A stretch of DNA of 58,028 nucleotides, counting the filler, from Circinaria calcarea (lineage: Eukaryota), in the NCBI GenBank assembly GCA_051942165.1. It is 5 parts of 5 records of this genome, joined end to end, with 100 filler letters (N's around TTAATTAATTAA, not from the genome) between each part and the next. Parts side by side here need not be neighbours in the genome. Positions count along the whole stretch, not along the records: positions 23,258 to 34,783 come from JAVECS010000675.1; positions 34,884 to 46,408 come from JAVECS010000676.1; 3 more parts are not named here. One strand, written 5' to 3'. The notes under the pieces were generated by a model that did no database searches, was not told the DNA's origin, and saw nothing but the letters and a program-made list of their open reading frames with translations. Made by a program: the position numbers and the translations under genes. Positions 23,258 through 34,885 of this stretch are shown piece after piece (the first letter of the stretch is position 1; each line of letters opens with the position of its first letter).

Positions 23258-24528
23258 TACAGCTGGATAGCACTTTAGCTTTGCCCGGGATCGAGAATTA
23301 AGGCTCGAGAAAACCAATCCGTTCGCACGGCTATCGATCTCGAGCTCGATCATGGTGGGGGTGTCATATATGTTATGCTCGTTGATGGAAAAACCAGGAA
23401 ACAGGATGTACCTGTGTCGAGGGAGTGATTTGAGGGCGTAGAAACCGTATGAGAATATGGGCACAGATGAAACGACATCGGACCTTGATGATATTTCAGC
23501 TGTTCACTAGTGTCCAACAGCAGCAAAGGAGGGCCAAGGGAGACTGAAATAACACCACAATCATACAATTATTGATGATGGACAAGAGCGTCTGGCTGTC
23601 CCAAACTAAAGGTATAGGAATAGAGATGAAGAAAGTAAACCCCGCAAGGTCGTCCATTTCCATTTGGCGAGGTTGCAAGAGTAGAAATAATACAAAAGTC
23701 GCTTTCGCCGTCTCTTAAGAGCCATTTCGGTAGAAGCCTATGGAAGAGAAATATAGGCTGGATCTCGGGAGGTGGAAACCCGAGGGATGTTGAACTGCTG
23801 GAGAACCAGAGTTACAAATTTAGCGCTAAACCTTTCCAGCGCTAGGTCGCGACAAAAAAACCGTCTTCCGAAGACCCAAATCGTGACCGCTTCAAACAAA
23901 CAAGTAGTACACCTTATTACTCAGAACCTTTAAGTGCACAGAAATTATCGTTCAGGGCGGCAAAGTCGCATCGATGCATAATGGGAAGAATCTCTCGAAG
24001 CATTGATAACTTGGCACGATGTTGGCGCTCCTCATGTGCTGCTTTTTACCAAGAGTACCGTAGAATACTTTGGCAGATTGAAAGCATTCTGCCAGAGCAA
24101 TAGCTTGAAGGGATATTCAAGCATCGTTTCCATGCTTACGGTCAAGGAGAATCAAAGCTTCAGACAGTTCTCCACCGACATATGGAGAGCGTGATCTTGA
24201 AGCATAGTATCTAGGGCTCGCACTGACGAGTAGCTGTCATGAGTTGTCGAGGATGTAAAAATTGTAAAGTATGCTGATTGAAAATCTCAAGAACCGCAGG
24301 GCCTAGTGATGTCCATGTCCATTGAATTTAAAGGAGAGCGACGCAATCTATAACGCCAAAATCAAATCCAAATCGCGATAATACCGCAGCTCTACCTTAT
24401 GCTTCTCGTTCAAAAGTCTAAAATCCGATCATCAACGCCAAAATGCAGCTTCTCGCAATTAAAACTCCATGCCAATAGTAAGCACACAACTTCCCGACCA
24501 TCTCGCTCTATATTGGGCCCGGCAACGC

Positions 24529-25011
24529 TCACGCGACCGTGCTTTCGATTTCTGCAATGGAGCAGGACTATATCATTGTCATTAGCGAAATAACTTGCTC
24601 AAAGAGCATCCAGAGAAAGCGAATAAGACTTACCAGCAGGTTGGATTTGAGCCCTCTAACTTTGAGACCCGGCGGAATGAGAAATCCGGAAATTTGACGG
24701 CCGGTTCGTTCAACCCCAATTCTGAAATAGGTCCCCTCGACGGTGGGCATCCCGCCGTCGTTCCGAGGTGCATTTTCGCGACCGGGCATGGCGTCGGCAC
24801 CCTCCATGCCTTCATCTACAGGGCTGATCTCTGTCCAATCACGGCGCTCAGCATCTCCGATCTTCCCAAGCCGATACAAGATAACAGCGAGCTGTATCAG
24901 CAGGATTGCTAGCAGTAGCGTGAATGCCACTGATAAAATAATGATCATCCCCGATGTCAGTTCTATGCTTCTGCTGCTGAAGAGGAGCCTTTGGGTTACT
25001 AGACCTGACAT
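24529..25011 (-). CDS. Small single-pass membrane protein of unknown function (cassette 1, gene a)
   Basis: ATG at 25011 and a hydrophobic stretch IIILSVAFTLLLAILLIQLAVILY. A GTAAGT donor follows ..KSNLL, and a GCTAAT..ATAG acceptor gives a short last exon SCSIAEIESTVA*. Confidence 0.45.
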
Positions 25012-25674
25012 GTCGAATTCCTAAGCCATGTAATTACGTCGATAAGGTGGGTAGGTAGACAGATGTGGAGATGAGTGATGTACGGAGGCTATTGTTGGCG
25101 AGGAATTCTCGGCGAATTTCATTCTTTTGAAGAGTGCTTTGCCCCACTCATTCGTTGGTATCATTGCTGAAGGGAAAAGAATGTTTCAGCTAATATGCGC
25201 ATACCCGTTGTCCAATCCAATTGGCAGTGAATCCGGTGCCCCGACATGGACCGCGCAAGCTGAGAAATTAGGCGGTAAGGCAAATTCGATTAGAAAGAGG
25301 ACGGGAAGGAGACGCAATATCTCTCCAACTGTCAGATGATACCGTACTTCGGGTGACTGAGAGCGCAAAACGTTCCCAAATCACCCAAGCTTGAGCATCT
25401 ACTATCTCATGACAGCGGTTAAACTGTCAGTAAAACCCACAGGCCTTCGGTCTAGGCCACGGATATCAGGGTCAGGGGAACACAAAGGAAGGCAAGGCAG
25501 ATTCGTGACACCGTAATTAACCTGATTGGCTATTCAGATCCCCTTGCATGAGATCGACACCGCACACGAGTCGTCTGACCGAGGAATGCTGCGCCCGCGA
25601 AACCTATTAATAATAATCTGCCTTTTGCAGAGCATCCCCCTTTTCTCATTCAGTCTTTCTCAGAACATTTCACC

Positions 25675-27857
25675 ATGTCCAAGCCGTCCGGAAAACCCGT
25701 AATCGCCGCGAGTAAAATCCCAACCATCGAGAGCATTTGCAACCAGCTAGGAATCGATAAATCGCAATCAATGTATCAAGACTTCACTGATCGCTGCTAT
25801 ATCTGGAAAGGCGGTTACACTACCGCCAAAGGTGTCCGTGGAACAGATCTTGTACAGTGGAAGCTGCAACCTGTGCGGCAGGAATTGCACACCATGTCTA
25901 CCAAGTTCCTTGAGGCTGGCCATGGAGAGGAATTTTGGCCTGCCCGACAGAAGAACGGTACCACAAGCCGACTCGTATATCCGACCGACAAAGCGCGGTA
26001 AGTTGAACATAACAGAAAGTGTGGCTCAATACTGTATCTGACACCTTGCAGAATTACCGAGCTTTTATCGCAACTTTTTGTAAAGCAGAATATGTACAAG
26101 AAGCGTAACAGTACATACCCCAAGCCAAAAGCTCATGACCGAGGCAATTCGAATGATCCATCTCTGATGGATACCGACGAATATCACTCTTCGCGAGAAC
26201 CGAGTCTCGCGCACACGCATGATCAAGTTGATGTTCAACAACAGAAAGCAAAGTAAGAGAACCATTTATGATAAACATCCAATAACCTCGTTGATATACG
26301 TTAGTGCCGCACTAGAGTCACGAATCCGAGATCACGGCAAATCTGTCGCAGAGTCGAACGATTTACTTCCAGCAAAGCAACCTCTCGCTAAACCTCGAAA
26401 AACAGCCCAATCAACTCCGTGGCCGTCAGCCACCAAAGACAAGTTGGCGAAGAGTCCCAAAGAGAGCCCTCGACATATACGCTCAAAACCAAAGACTGTT
26501 GATTCTCAAAAACCAGAAGCGAAGGCTCCAGGCTCGGTTGGTGACATCTATACCCCCTATGTGATTATCTAACAATATTATACTGACCACCACTTTGAAG
26601 GTTGGCAAAGGAGCTGAAAAGAAACGCCGATCATCATCATCCTCTTTGCGATCGGACGTGTCTCACGCCGCAGAGCAGGATAGTGCGACCTCAATCTGGG
26701 ACTTATGCTCCGAAGACGAAGCCTCCGACAGTGGTCGAACTTCTAAACGAAGGAAGACTGCTCACGGAGTCAACGTCGCCAGGACACCGCCATCCAAGCA
26801 AGCATCTGGTAATGGCCCTAGCCCGGAAGTACGCTCTTCATGTCGGAAACGAAATCAGACCACGAAGGTCCAGGACACAGTACCCAGTGCGGATGTAGAC
26901 TTGTATATCGACGAATCCCAGGGCACACTCGTTGAGGCGATAGATATTGCTGAATTCGCTCCGGAGATACCCTCCACAATGGATAGTTTGTACACAGAAG
27001 GAACCCAAGAAACGGTTAGCGACAAGGCTGATGCCGATGAGGACGTTCCAGACTCGTCTCTCGATGTGGACATTGGCGTAGATCTAGGAAGACCGACCAA
27101 TGGACACATTCGGCGGAGCCCCACTCGTCGACCGCTTCGAAGAACATACTCGCCACAGCCGGACACCTTGAAGACCTCCTTTTCTCACGCAATCCAACCG
27201 CCACCATTCTCACTCAACTCCAACATTGCGGAGCCAGTATCAAATACGACCGCAAATGGGACAACAGTTACTGCCCCGGTGGCTCAGATGATAACATCAT
27301 CGGCTGAGGAGAGATACCGGCAACCTGACCCAGAAACCTCCGAGTCTCGCCAGTCTCTGGGCATCCCAACCAGACCCCGAGCGCTCACAGTTACGCCGGC
27401 TGCAGAAGAGGGACCCCCGAGACGAAATCCGGCACCTTCTCCATCTCTTGAACCGCCCAGCGTCCCAGTTAACAAATCACAGCTAACATTCTGGATCATT
27501 AAAAGCAGAACCCCTGTGTTTTACCAATCCAAATGGGCCAAGGGCACCCTACGCGGTCAAACGATGCAGTCCATGGTTGACAGCACCTCGAAGATCATGC
27601 GAACCACGAACATCGACTCCATCACCTTTCAGCTACACACCCCGGGGAAGATGATAGAATACATTTGCGAGAAAGACGATGAAGCGGAGTTTGAGAAAAT
27701 GAAAGGCCACTTTCAGGACGAGATGAAGGAAGCCATTCGGAGAAATGGAAATCAGCGCAAGGGTTTTGAGATTTTCATCGAGCCGATCGTTGAGGATGAG
27801 AATGTTCAGGTTGGATTGCATGAATTTGAGGATGCTGCATTAGACGAGTTTTTCTAA
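25675..27857 (+). CDS. Fungal hypothetical protein (4 exons): N-terminal helical domain, long basic/Ser-Pro-rich disordered middle, C-terminal alpha/beta domain (cassette 1, gene b)
   Basis: Kozak-like CACCATGT. Exons 25675-25997, 26052-26252, 26305-~26536 and 26601-27857 splice in frame. Motifs FLEAGHGEEFWP..LVYPTDKARITELLSQLF, NLS-like KKRR/KRRK, and a C-terminal W..GTLRG..FE.M...F...FEIFIEP. Confidence 0.7.
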
Positions 27858-28649
27858 GAAGCTTTTCCATCGGAGGATTGGTATTTCTGTTGCCGCAGAA
27901 ACGTAGTAAACGTACTCTTTATAGAAATCTCCATCGTGCCCTCTTTAACTTCTAGTTACGTCTATAATAAGGATCATAAAGATATAACCAACCATATGAA
28001 AAGTAGTTCTCACTCACCGAGATCAAAGCTTCCTCGAGTCTTCGCCACTGGCGAGAATTAATCTTAGAGTGCATTCCACAAAGCCACGAGAAGAGGGGCA
28101 AAGATGTTGATATTGGCTCGCACCACAGATTCCGAACATTCCGTAAATACAATACCCATCCGCGACTCAGCCTTATTACCAACCAGCGCTTGCAATACCC
28201 CTTGGACTCCGGACAGCTTTACATTTCCTACAGTTCCACGGGATGGTTGGCTAAACTAAGGCGTTAGCCGCCTTGCTCCTGTGTTATCGATCCGGTCGCT
28301 CTTTGCTCTCCCATGCACCCTCTTTGCTCCCCCATACTTCCTCTTAGCTCTTTTCTGCTGCCATGTCGCTTTGCTCCCGCCATTCTTCCCCGAAAATTGT
28401 GGTAACACGTGACATTGGGTGGATATGGCATTGCGGCTATAATTTTGTGCTGGCATCTACTTTGTGTGCTATGCTTGCTCTCTACTCTGTTACGCTCCTC
28501 CCCCTTTCTCGGCCTCATCCTATGTCCTCCCTACTCCCTTTCACCCTCCTCTTATTAACTTTGAATAAGTACTCACATGAGTCTGATAGATGGAGTCGGT
28601 GAGCCGGAATCAGGCGCGGGGGAATAGCAGTTATATTCTCTAGTCTATA

Positions 28650-29900
28650 CGATGTAGTTGTTCTCTATTCCCGTCAGCTCTATACCAAGCACCGGCCAAT
28701 AATCAGAATGATTCCCAGGTTAACTTACCTTGTCTTATTTCTAACATCCAAACTCGATTCCAGCCCATTATCCCCCGCCCAGCAAAACCAGCCTTTAGTA
28801 CCAATTTCAGCCTCGTTTTCTGTCCGCTCACTCCAATCCAAGAAGCCCCGGGGCCTACCGCTCTCACCCCCTGACGCCGACGTTCATATCATCCTCGGCA
28901 CGGGCCGTAGCTCATACTACTACATGCTCCGCAGACCTGGCTTGAAGCATGGGTCCCGGGACTAGGCTGCGGACTGCAAATTTGAAACTCCCCTCGTAAA
29001 CTGCAGTATAGCTCCCTTGCATCTCTGGGTCACGATTAACGTGTACAGCGTTGACGTAATGTGTGGGCCGCTGTGTATCCCTTCTTCCTCCCCCCCTCCC
29101 AGTTCTATGCCTAGCTCCGATTCGACTCGTTGAGTTTGAGTTTCCGGGTGGGGAAGAGGCATGTAGCACGGAGGCAATGAAATCGGCGTTAACAAGGAGG
29201 CAGATGGCGAGATTAAGGAGGGATATGGGAGATTCTGGCGAAGGGCATGAATTAGCGAAGTACTAAGCTTTAACATGAAGTGTGCCTTAAGTATAAGGCT
29301 TTGAGCTTCCTTTCCGCACTCTCTGCCCTCTCCTATCTACCTCCTCCGCCTCTATCCTGCCGCTCGTCTTCCTCAAGCCCAAGCCTAAGCCCAAGCTCGA
29401 GTATAGACCCCCAAAACCGACCAAAAAAGAGATCGCACACTTACATATTCCATAGTAATCGTAGCTAATTGCTACTATCTAGCTCGTGCCCTTGTTGAAT
29501 TAACTTCCTTCTGCCTTTAGAAGCTACCTTGAGCGAAGCCGTTCGGACCACTTTTTCGCTGAGCTATTGTGGTCGCAAGGGAATCAGCAGTGAGCTCGGC
29601 ACTAGTAAATAGGTGCCTATCTCAGTTAGAATAGCGCTTAGAATGCGCTGGCACGAAGTTGAGTAACAAGTAAAATCAGTAACATAACAAAGTTCTCGCG
29701 CAGACGGTTTTTACTGGCTTTACCGTGGAGCTAACAGTAGTGGAGAATTATATCTGTAGCAGTTCTACAGAGTAGGCCTGTTTTATTGATCTCGGAAAGC
29801 TATTTTACGTCTGAGAATATCTAGGCTCGCTAGCACAATAATAAAACTAAAGCAACCCCTCATTCAAATCTTGAAAATATTATACGAGCAGTATTTATAT
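28650..29900. other. RIP-like degenerate repeat/TE relic (TpA- and TAG/CTA-rich)
   Basis: By eye TA, CTA and TAG are abundant and CA/TG are scarce; only short broken ORFs; no identifiable TE domain. Confidence 0.4.
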
Positions 29901-29977
29901 AAAGTAAAATATACCATTATGTTTTCCAAATAATGACAGAAAAATATGAGAGACATGCAAAAAAATGTGGAATTATG

Positions 29978-30049
29978 TGCATCGACCGGGAATCGAACCC
30001 GGACCTAATCGTTGGAAGCGATTAATCCTAACCATTGGACTATCGATGC
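29978..30049 (-). tRNA. tRNA-Gly (anticodon TCC), no intron
   Basis: The reverse complement is GCATCGA TA GTCC AATGGTTA GGAT T AATCG CTTCCAA CGATT AGGT CCGGG TTCGATT CCCGG TCGATGC A, a full 72-nt cloverleaf, followed by a T7 Pol III terminator (A run at 29959-29965). Confidence 0.97.
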
Positions 30050-31862
30050 TAACATATATGTTTTGAAATCTTAGATTATTATATATTCCTACTCAACATA
30101 TCTTGCGCATACAAGGCAGGGGGGGCTCACGGTCGATTCTACCGGGAGCCCTGAGAAGTATTTAATGCCTTTAGAAGAATATGCTCGCAGTGGAAGCGGC
30201 GCTACAGCAGAAATATACAAGCGGGAGGAAATTCCCTTAAAGAATCTAACGCTGTAGTTACGAATCTACTGTTACACTGTCAGCAAACTCCCTAGCCATC
30301 CGAGGCAACCACATCAAGTCCAGATAGGGTTCTCACGGAGCCGGCTTAACAGTATATTCACAACACCACTGGACATTGAGTAGATACTACAAGAAACTAG
30401 ATAGCCTCCTTGCCTGTTAGAAATTATCATCTGGTCGGTGCGCTGCCCCGCATAATGTGTGTAGTCTACCTTATCCATTACTCTGAGCTATTGGAGCAAT
30501 AAGGCAGTCAATCATTATAAGCATTCTAAACGGTTGTAGCCAATCAAAATCCCTGACAGAAGCTGCAGAAGCGCAACTATGTTTATTCGCACGCGTTATA
30601 CGGTCATTTTGTCGGTTCATTGAGCTCCATACTGTACCGCCAACACAGGGCGTCACTGTACTGATAATACGCAAATGATAGGGAGAAATAGCCTCGGTCG
30701 TCGGGTATCTAAGATCCCGGGCTTATAAAGGGGCCCTATAAACTATATATAGGGCTCCACTATTAGTGCAGCATATACTGTACACCACCAATGTACGGTG
30801 CAGCTAGCCCGCACTAAACCAATAATAAGGGTTTAGCAGTGCACAACTATACCAGCTATACTATTGAAGGACTTATTTAGCATAGGACTGCTAAGGTAAT
30901 ATCTCCGAGAAAGTTATAAGGAAACAGGGTTAATCCACGTTGCTTACTACTAGACCAATCCATGGGCGATCCATGGCGCTTAAATCACAGGTTTCATAGG
31001 CTCCGACGACTACCATTTTTATTTTTATTTGGAAAACATCAGAGCGCCTACACGAAGCAAGGGATTTTTTACCACAGGTTAAATGAATAGCGGCATTTCT
31101 GCGCGGCATTCGCCAAATGACTTCCTATCATATGGGGTCTTTAGACGGGAATGGGTCCGGCGACTCTTGCTCTTACTACACCATGATCTCGAATGGCTCC
31201 CAAGGGCAGCACAAACAGCTACAGCAAAAGTAGCACCCATAGCGGCAAGGTCAACTTAAGCAATCAGTTGTCAGCGAGTGCTAGCCATTCATGGTGCTCT
31301 GTGACCGGATATTATAGCTGGCGTATAGCGTAGTGTTTCAACAATGCGCGAGTCGCCATAGCTCTGCCTCAATTATGGTATAGATATTCCCGGATCACAG
31401 AGATCTTCTTCGGAGGGGGTTCCGGGCCCACGTCGAGCAAAGCTCCTCCTCTCCGCATTATATGTAGCTTGGACGGGAGGATTTATAAGCCCAAGCTTTT
31501 CCCGACGCGACTATCAGAGAGTATCTGGTGGGTCGAAATGCAGTCCATGTGTCGTTGGTAGGAGGGATAGCTTGATGGTATCTAGATAGAGTCTTCCGGA
31601 GAATAGTATTGTGTATGAGCAGGATGTAATGCTTGTCTCGCTTGTTTGTGCCTTAGGATTTGTAAGCACGTTAGATTGGGTAAGTTGCGATAGTTATCAC
31701 ACTTCACCCATGTAACAAGCAATTTGGGTAGATGATTGATAGATCGAATATAGACAAGCCGTCCAGGCTTTCGAAGCGATAAAGCACGCTAAAACCCCCC
31801 TAAAAGCAATAACGTGTGCCGTAGTTAAATGTAGTCCAGCTACTTCTTTTCCTGTCAATCTT

Positions 31863-32325
31863 CATCTAAGTGATACCGGGCACTTAGATGTCGTTCGAGA
31901 AAATTTTAAATGGCGAAAGTTCTATAAATTTATATATTAGTAAAAATCCGATGAGCTGAAAATTAGAGCGACTGACCTTGGGAGTAACCTTTTCATCGTC
32001 CCATTTGAAATTCCCGGCCGGAATTATGACTGTCGCAATCCTTCCAGCATTATGCTCGAAGCGGAGGATGTTATATTGCTCGTTTCGATCAATTTCCCTA
32101 GTATCCGTACCTTCGGCTGGTTGGCGTTAATAGTTAGCCACTGAAAACCAGCTATTACAAATCTCTTGCTCTTATATAAATAAAGATTAGGGAGGCGATA
32201 TTACTGCTTTGAGCTCGTGCCATAGTTCCACCAAAGTAGAAGAGCGCAGCACCAACCACTAACAAGACCACTACCGAGACCACCACCGAGACGACTGTTT
32301 GAAGAGGGATGTCTGAAGTAAACAT
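31863..32325 (-). CDS. Small single-pass membrane protein (cassette 2, gene a'); gene model tentative
   Basis: MFTSDIPLQTVVSVVVSVVVLLVVGAALFYF, then a putative intron ending GCTAAC..CCAG, then an exon EGTDTREIDRNEQYNILRFEHNAGRIATVIIPAGNFKWDDEKVTPK ending at a GTCAGT donor. Confidence 0.35.
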
Positions 32326-32899
32326 GATTATAAACCACCGGTAAATTGTTCTAGATGCGAATTTTGAGAGGTGTTGGTGGGAAATATAATTAAAGGGTGA
32401 AGGTCTTAGTGGGTGAAAGGCAGTTCCGTCAGACGGGGGAGCATGAAGTAGAAGAGAACCCTTACAATTATTTGTCCCTGAAGTACGCATTCTAGTTGGA
32501 GACTAGTCATACTTTGTGACCAATAAGATGGTAAAACGCGTTCGGTTGGTCGGGTAGCGCCGTAGGCCAGGCGCTTCCGGTAGTCCACTTACAGTCCAAA
32601 ACGTGTATGGAAATTGCAGGCAAGCGAGGCGTTGACTGGGAAACACATACGCACGTGCCAACATCGGCTACGTGCACGTAGATCTCTATTTATTTACTTA
32701 TCTTAAGTGAAATAATATATGTAGATCCTGGACTGTCTCCTTAACAGTTCCGGACTACTGGCAGCCCTGAGCAAAAGGGAGACACCACATCAGAGAGGAC
32801 TCAGCAGAAAGCAAAAACTTCTCATATAAGCATCGCATGAACACTTGAATTCAAAGCTGAGAAAAATCGTTAATAATCATAAGCCAGACGTCTACGAAA

Positions 32900-33667
32900 C
32901 TCTGAGATCGTCCAGCCGCAAATGCGTTCCCCAAGGCTTACCCCAACCGTGTAGCAAGCGAGGAGTTAGACGAACACCTGGAAGGGAGCATCACAAAGTC
33001 CACTGAGAGCGAGCAAAGCGATGAGAGGGATTTCTCTGAGGGATCCATTTTCGACGATGGTTCCGCAGACAAGAGTAGAAATCCTTCTCCGACCGACGGG
33101 CCAACGTCTATGGAAGAGCCAATTCAAAGGCTACCTAGTGTTATGGCTGCAACAACCTTGCCAGCCTCAAGGAAACCTGGCATGACCAATGTTGCTCCAA
33201 CGGCTCATATGGTACCATCGGTAGCCAATAACGGGAAATCCAAAGTAGTGCCCGTGGCGCCCCCAGCAGCATTTCATACCGTGAGCGCAGTTGTGCCGAA
33301 GAAACCGCTAAGGTTTTGCTTTGTCAAAGACCGCCGAACCCAGCTCTGGTCAGAGGGTACTCTTCGGGGTAAAACTCTGCAGTTCGTGATGGAAAATGCC
33401 TTGGCCTTTACGGGCGGTGATTGCATAGAGGCTCTGAATTGCAGGTTACAAACTTCCTACAGAGAAGTCATTGTTAGGATATCGCAGGGCGACGAAAGCA
33501 CATTTGAGGAGATGAGAGGAATGTTCAACGCTGCAATCAAAGAAGCACTACTCAAGAACGGCAATCCAGTAAAACCATTTGAGATCTGGATAGAACCGGA
33601 GGTCAAGGTCAACAAAATTCAGGATAGCGTCCATGAACTAGACGTCGCCGAAGAAGATTGGTGTTGA
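32900..33667 (+). pseudogene. Truncated or frameshifted paralog of the gene at 25675-27857 (cassette 2, gene b')
   Basis: C-terminal domain LWSEGTLRGKTLQ...DESTFEEMRGMF..AIKEALLKNGNPVKPFEIWIEP..VHEL matches KWAKGTLRGQTMQ...DEAEFEKMKGHF..EMKEAIRRNGNQRKGFEIFIEP..LHEF. Upstream, LRSSSRK (compare VRSSCRK) lies in a different frame, implying a frameshift near 32930. No N-terminal domain was found. Confidence 0.6.
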
Positions 33668-34020
33668 GAGATTTTCGGAGATTAGACACCGTATATCAAA
33701 GCAAATTTGGGCCATTTTCGATAATAGTAAATATATACAAAGAAATGACAACTAGTGTGATGATCACATCATTTAAGGCCAAGACTGTATAACTTTTGAA
33801 TGCAACATGAAAACAAGTGACCGGTCTAACTCATATCATCCCCAGGCCTTCTTGGGACTCTACCTTCAAGTGTCATGCTATGTCATAGCTCAGCCTTTGT
33901 AAATCCAGAGCCAACACTACGGACTTATAATGGGACTTTCAGACCAGACCATCAGATTCCCTAAAGGCCACTGAGAACTCCAAAGCCCACCTGTGCTTCA
34001 CCAGAGGTATTCCAGAGCAC

Positions 34021-34727
34021 TTAGATCATCAGTCGTTCAACCTTGTCTTTCAGTGACCGTATTTGGCCCATGAGATCAGATGCCTCATTAGTTGTAATAC
34101 TGGCACTTATAACAGCTCTGCTGACGCCACAGGCTCTACCCAGCGCCGTCTTGGAAGGTACCTGAGCACCGTTAATTGATAAAGATCGACTCTCTGGAAA
34201 TCGGGTTTAGGGTCAAGTACGTAGACGTAAGGAACATTCTTGTCTAGTCATCAAGTCAGCTACAGTTCGGATGCGGTATTGAAATGCCATGCAACTGACC
34301 TTCGCAGAGTAACGGAAGGTGGAGGAGAATGGCCTGGCGATGTCGTCAGCCCAAAGGCCCCGTGAGATGATGGGAATATCTCAACCCACAAGAGGAGCCG
34401 TGTCCGCCGCTAAAATGATTATCTCGGAGATTCCTCTTTTGTTGAGTCAGTAGGTAGAAGTCGACAGAATTTAGGAGGGCTCCAACCTGTTTAGAGTTTT
34501 GGTCGCCTACAAATGTGTTAGTTGATATAGGAACTCTAAGGGCGATAACTATCCTACCTCGTTGGCACCTTTCTTCAGCTGTCGATAGTGAGAACTCTGT
34601 TGAACTAGATCAAGAATCTCCTGGGTGAGGGCTGGGTCTGCTATCGGCCATGCTATGTATTTAATTAGTATCTCTTGTCCATAGTGCTATCACACTGGGA
34701 CTCACCTGCTGATTGTCCGTCGGCCAT
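34021..34727 (-). CDS. SNU13: Snu13 / 15.5K (L7Ae family) U4 snRNP and box C/D snoRNP protein, 126 aa, 7 exons; absent from the ORF track
   Basis: Exons 34727-34706, 34652-34558, 34506-34487, 34435-34390, 34333-34300, 34243-34221 and 34161-34021 total 381 nt. They give [126 protein letters not shown]. Confidence 0.97.
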
Positions 34728-34783
34728 GGTCTCAAGGTATTGCGGCTACCGAAGTGATGTATTTGATACTATAAGTAATATGG

Positions 34784-34883
34784 NNNNNNNNNNNNNNNNN
34801 NNNNNNNNNNNNNNNNNNNNNNNNNNNTTAATTAATTAANNNNNNNNNNNNNNNNNNNNNNNNNNNNNNNNNNNNNNNNNNNN
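34784..34883. other. Artificial contig linker
   Basis: N44-TTAATTAATTAA-N44. Confidence 0.97.
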
Positions 34884-34885
34884 AT

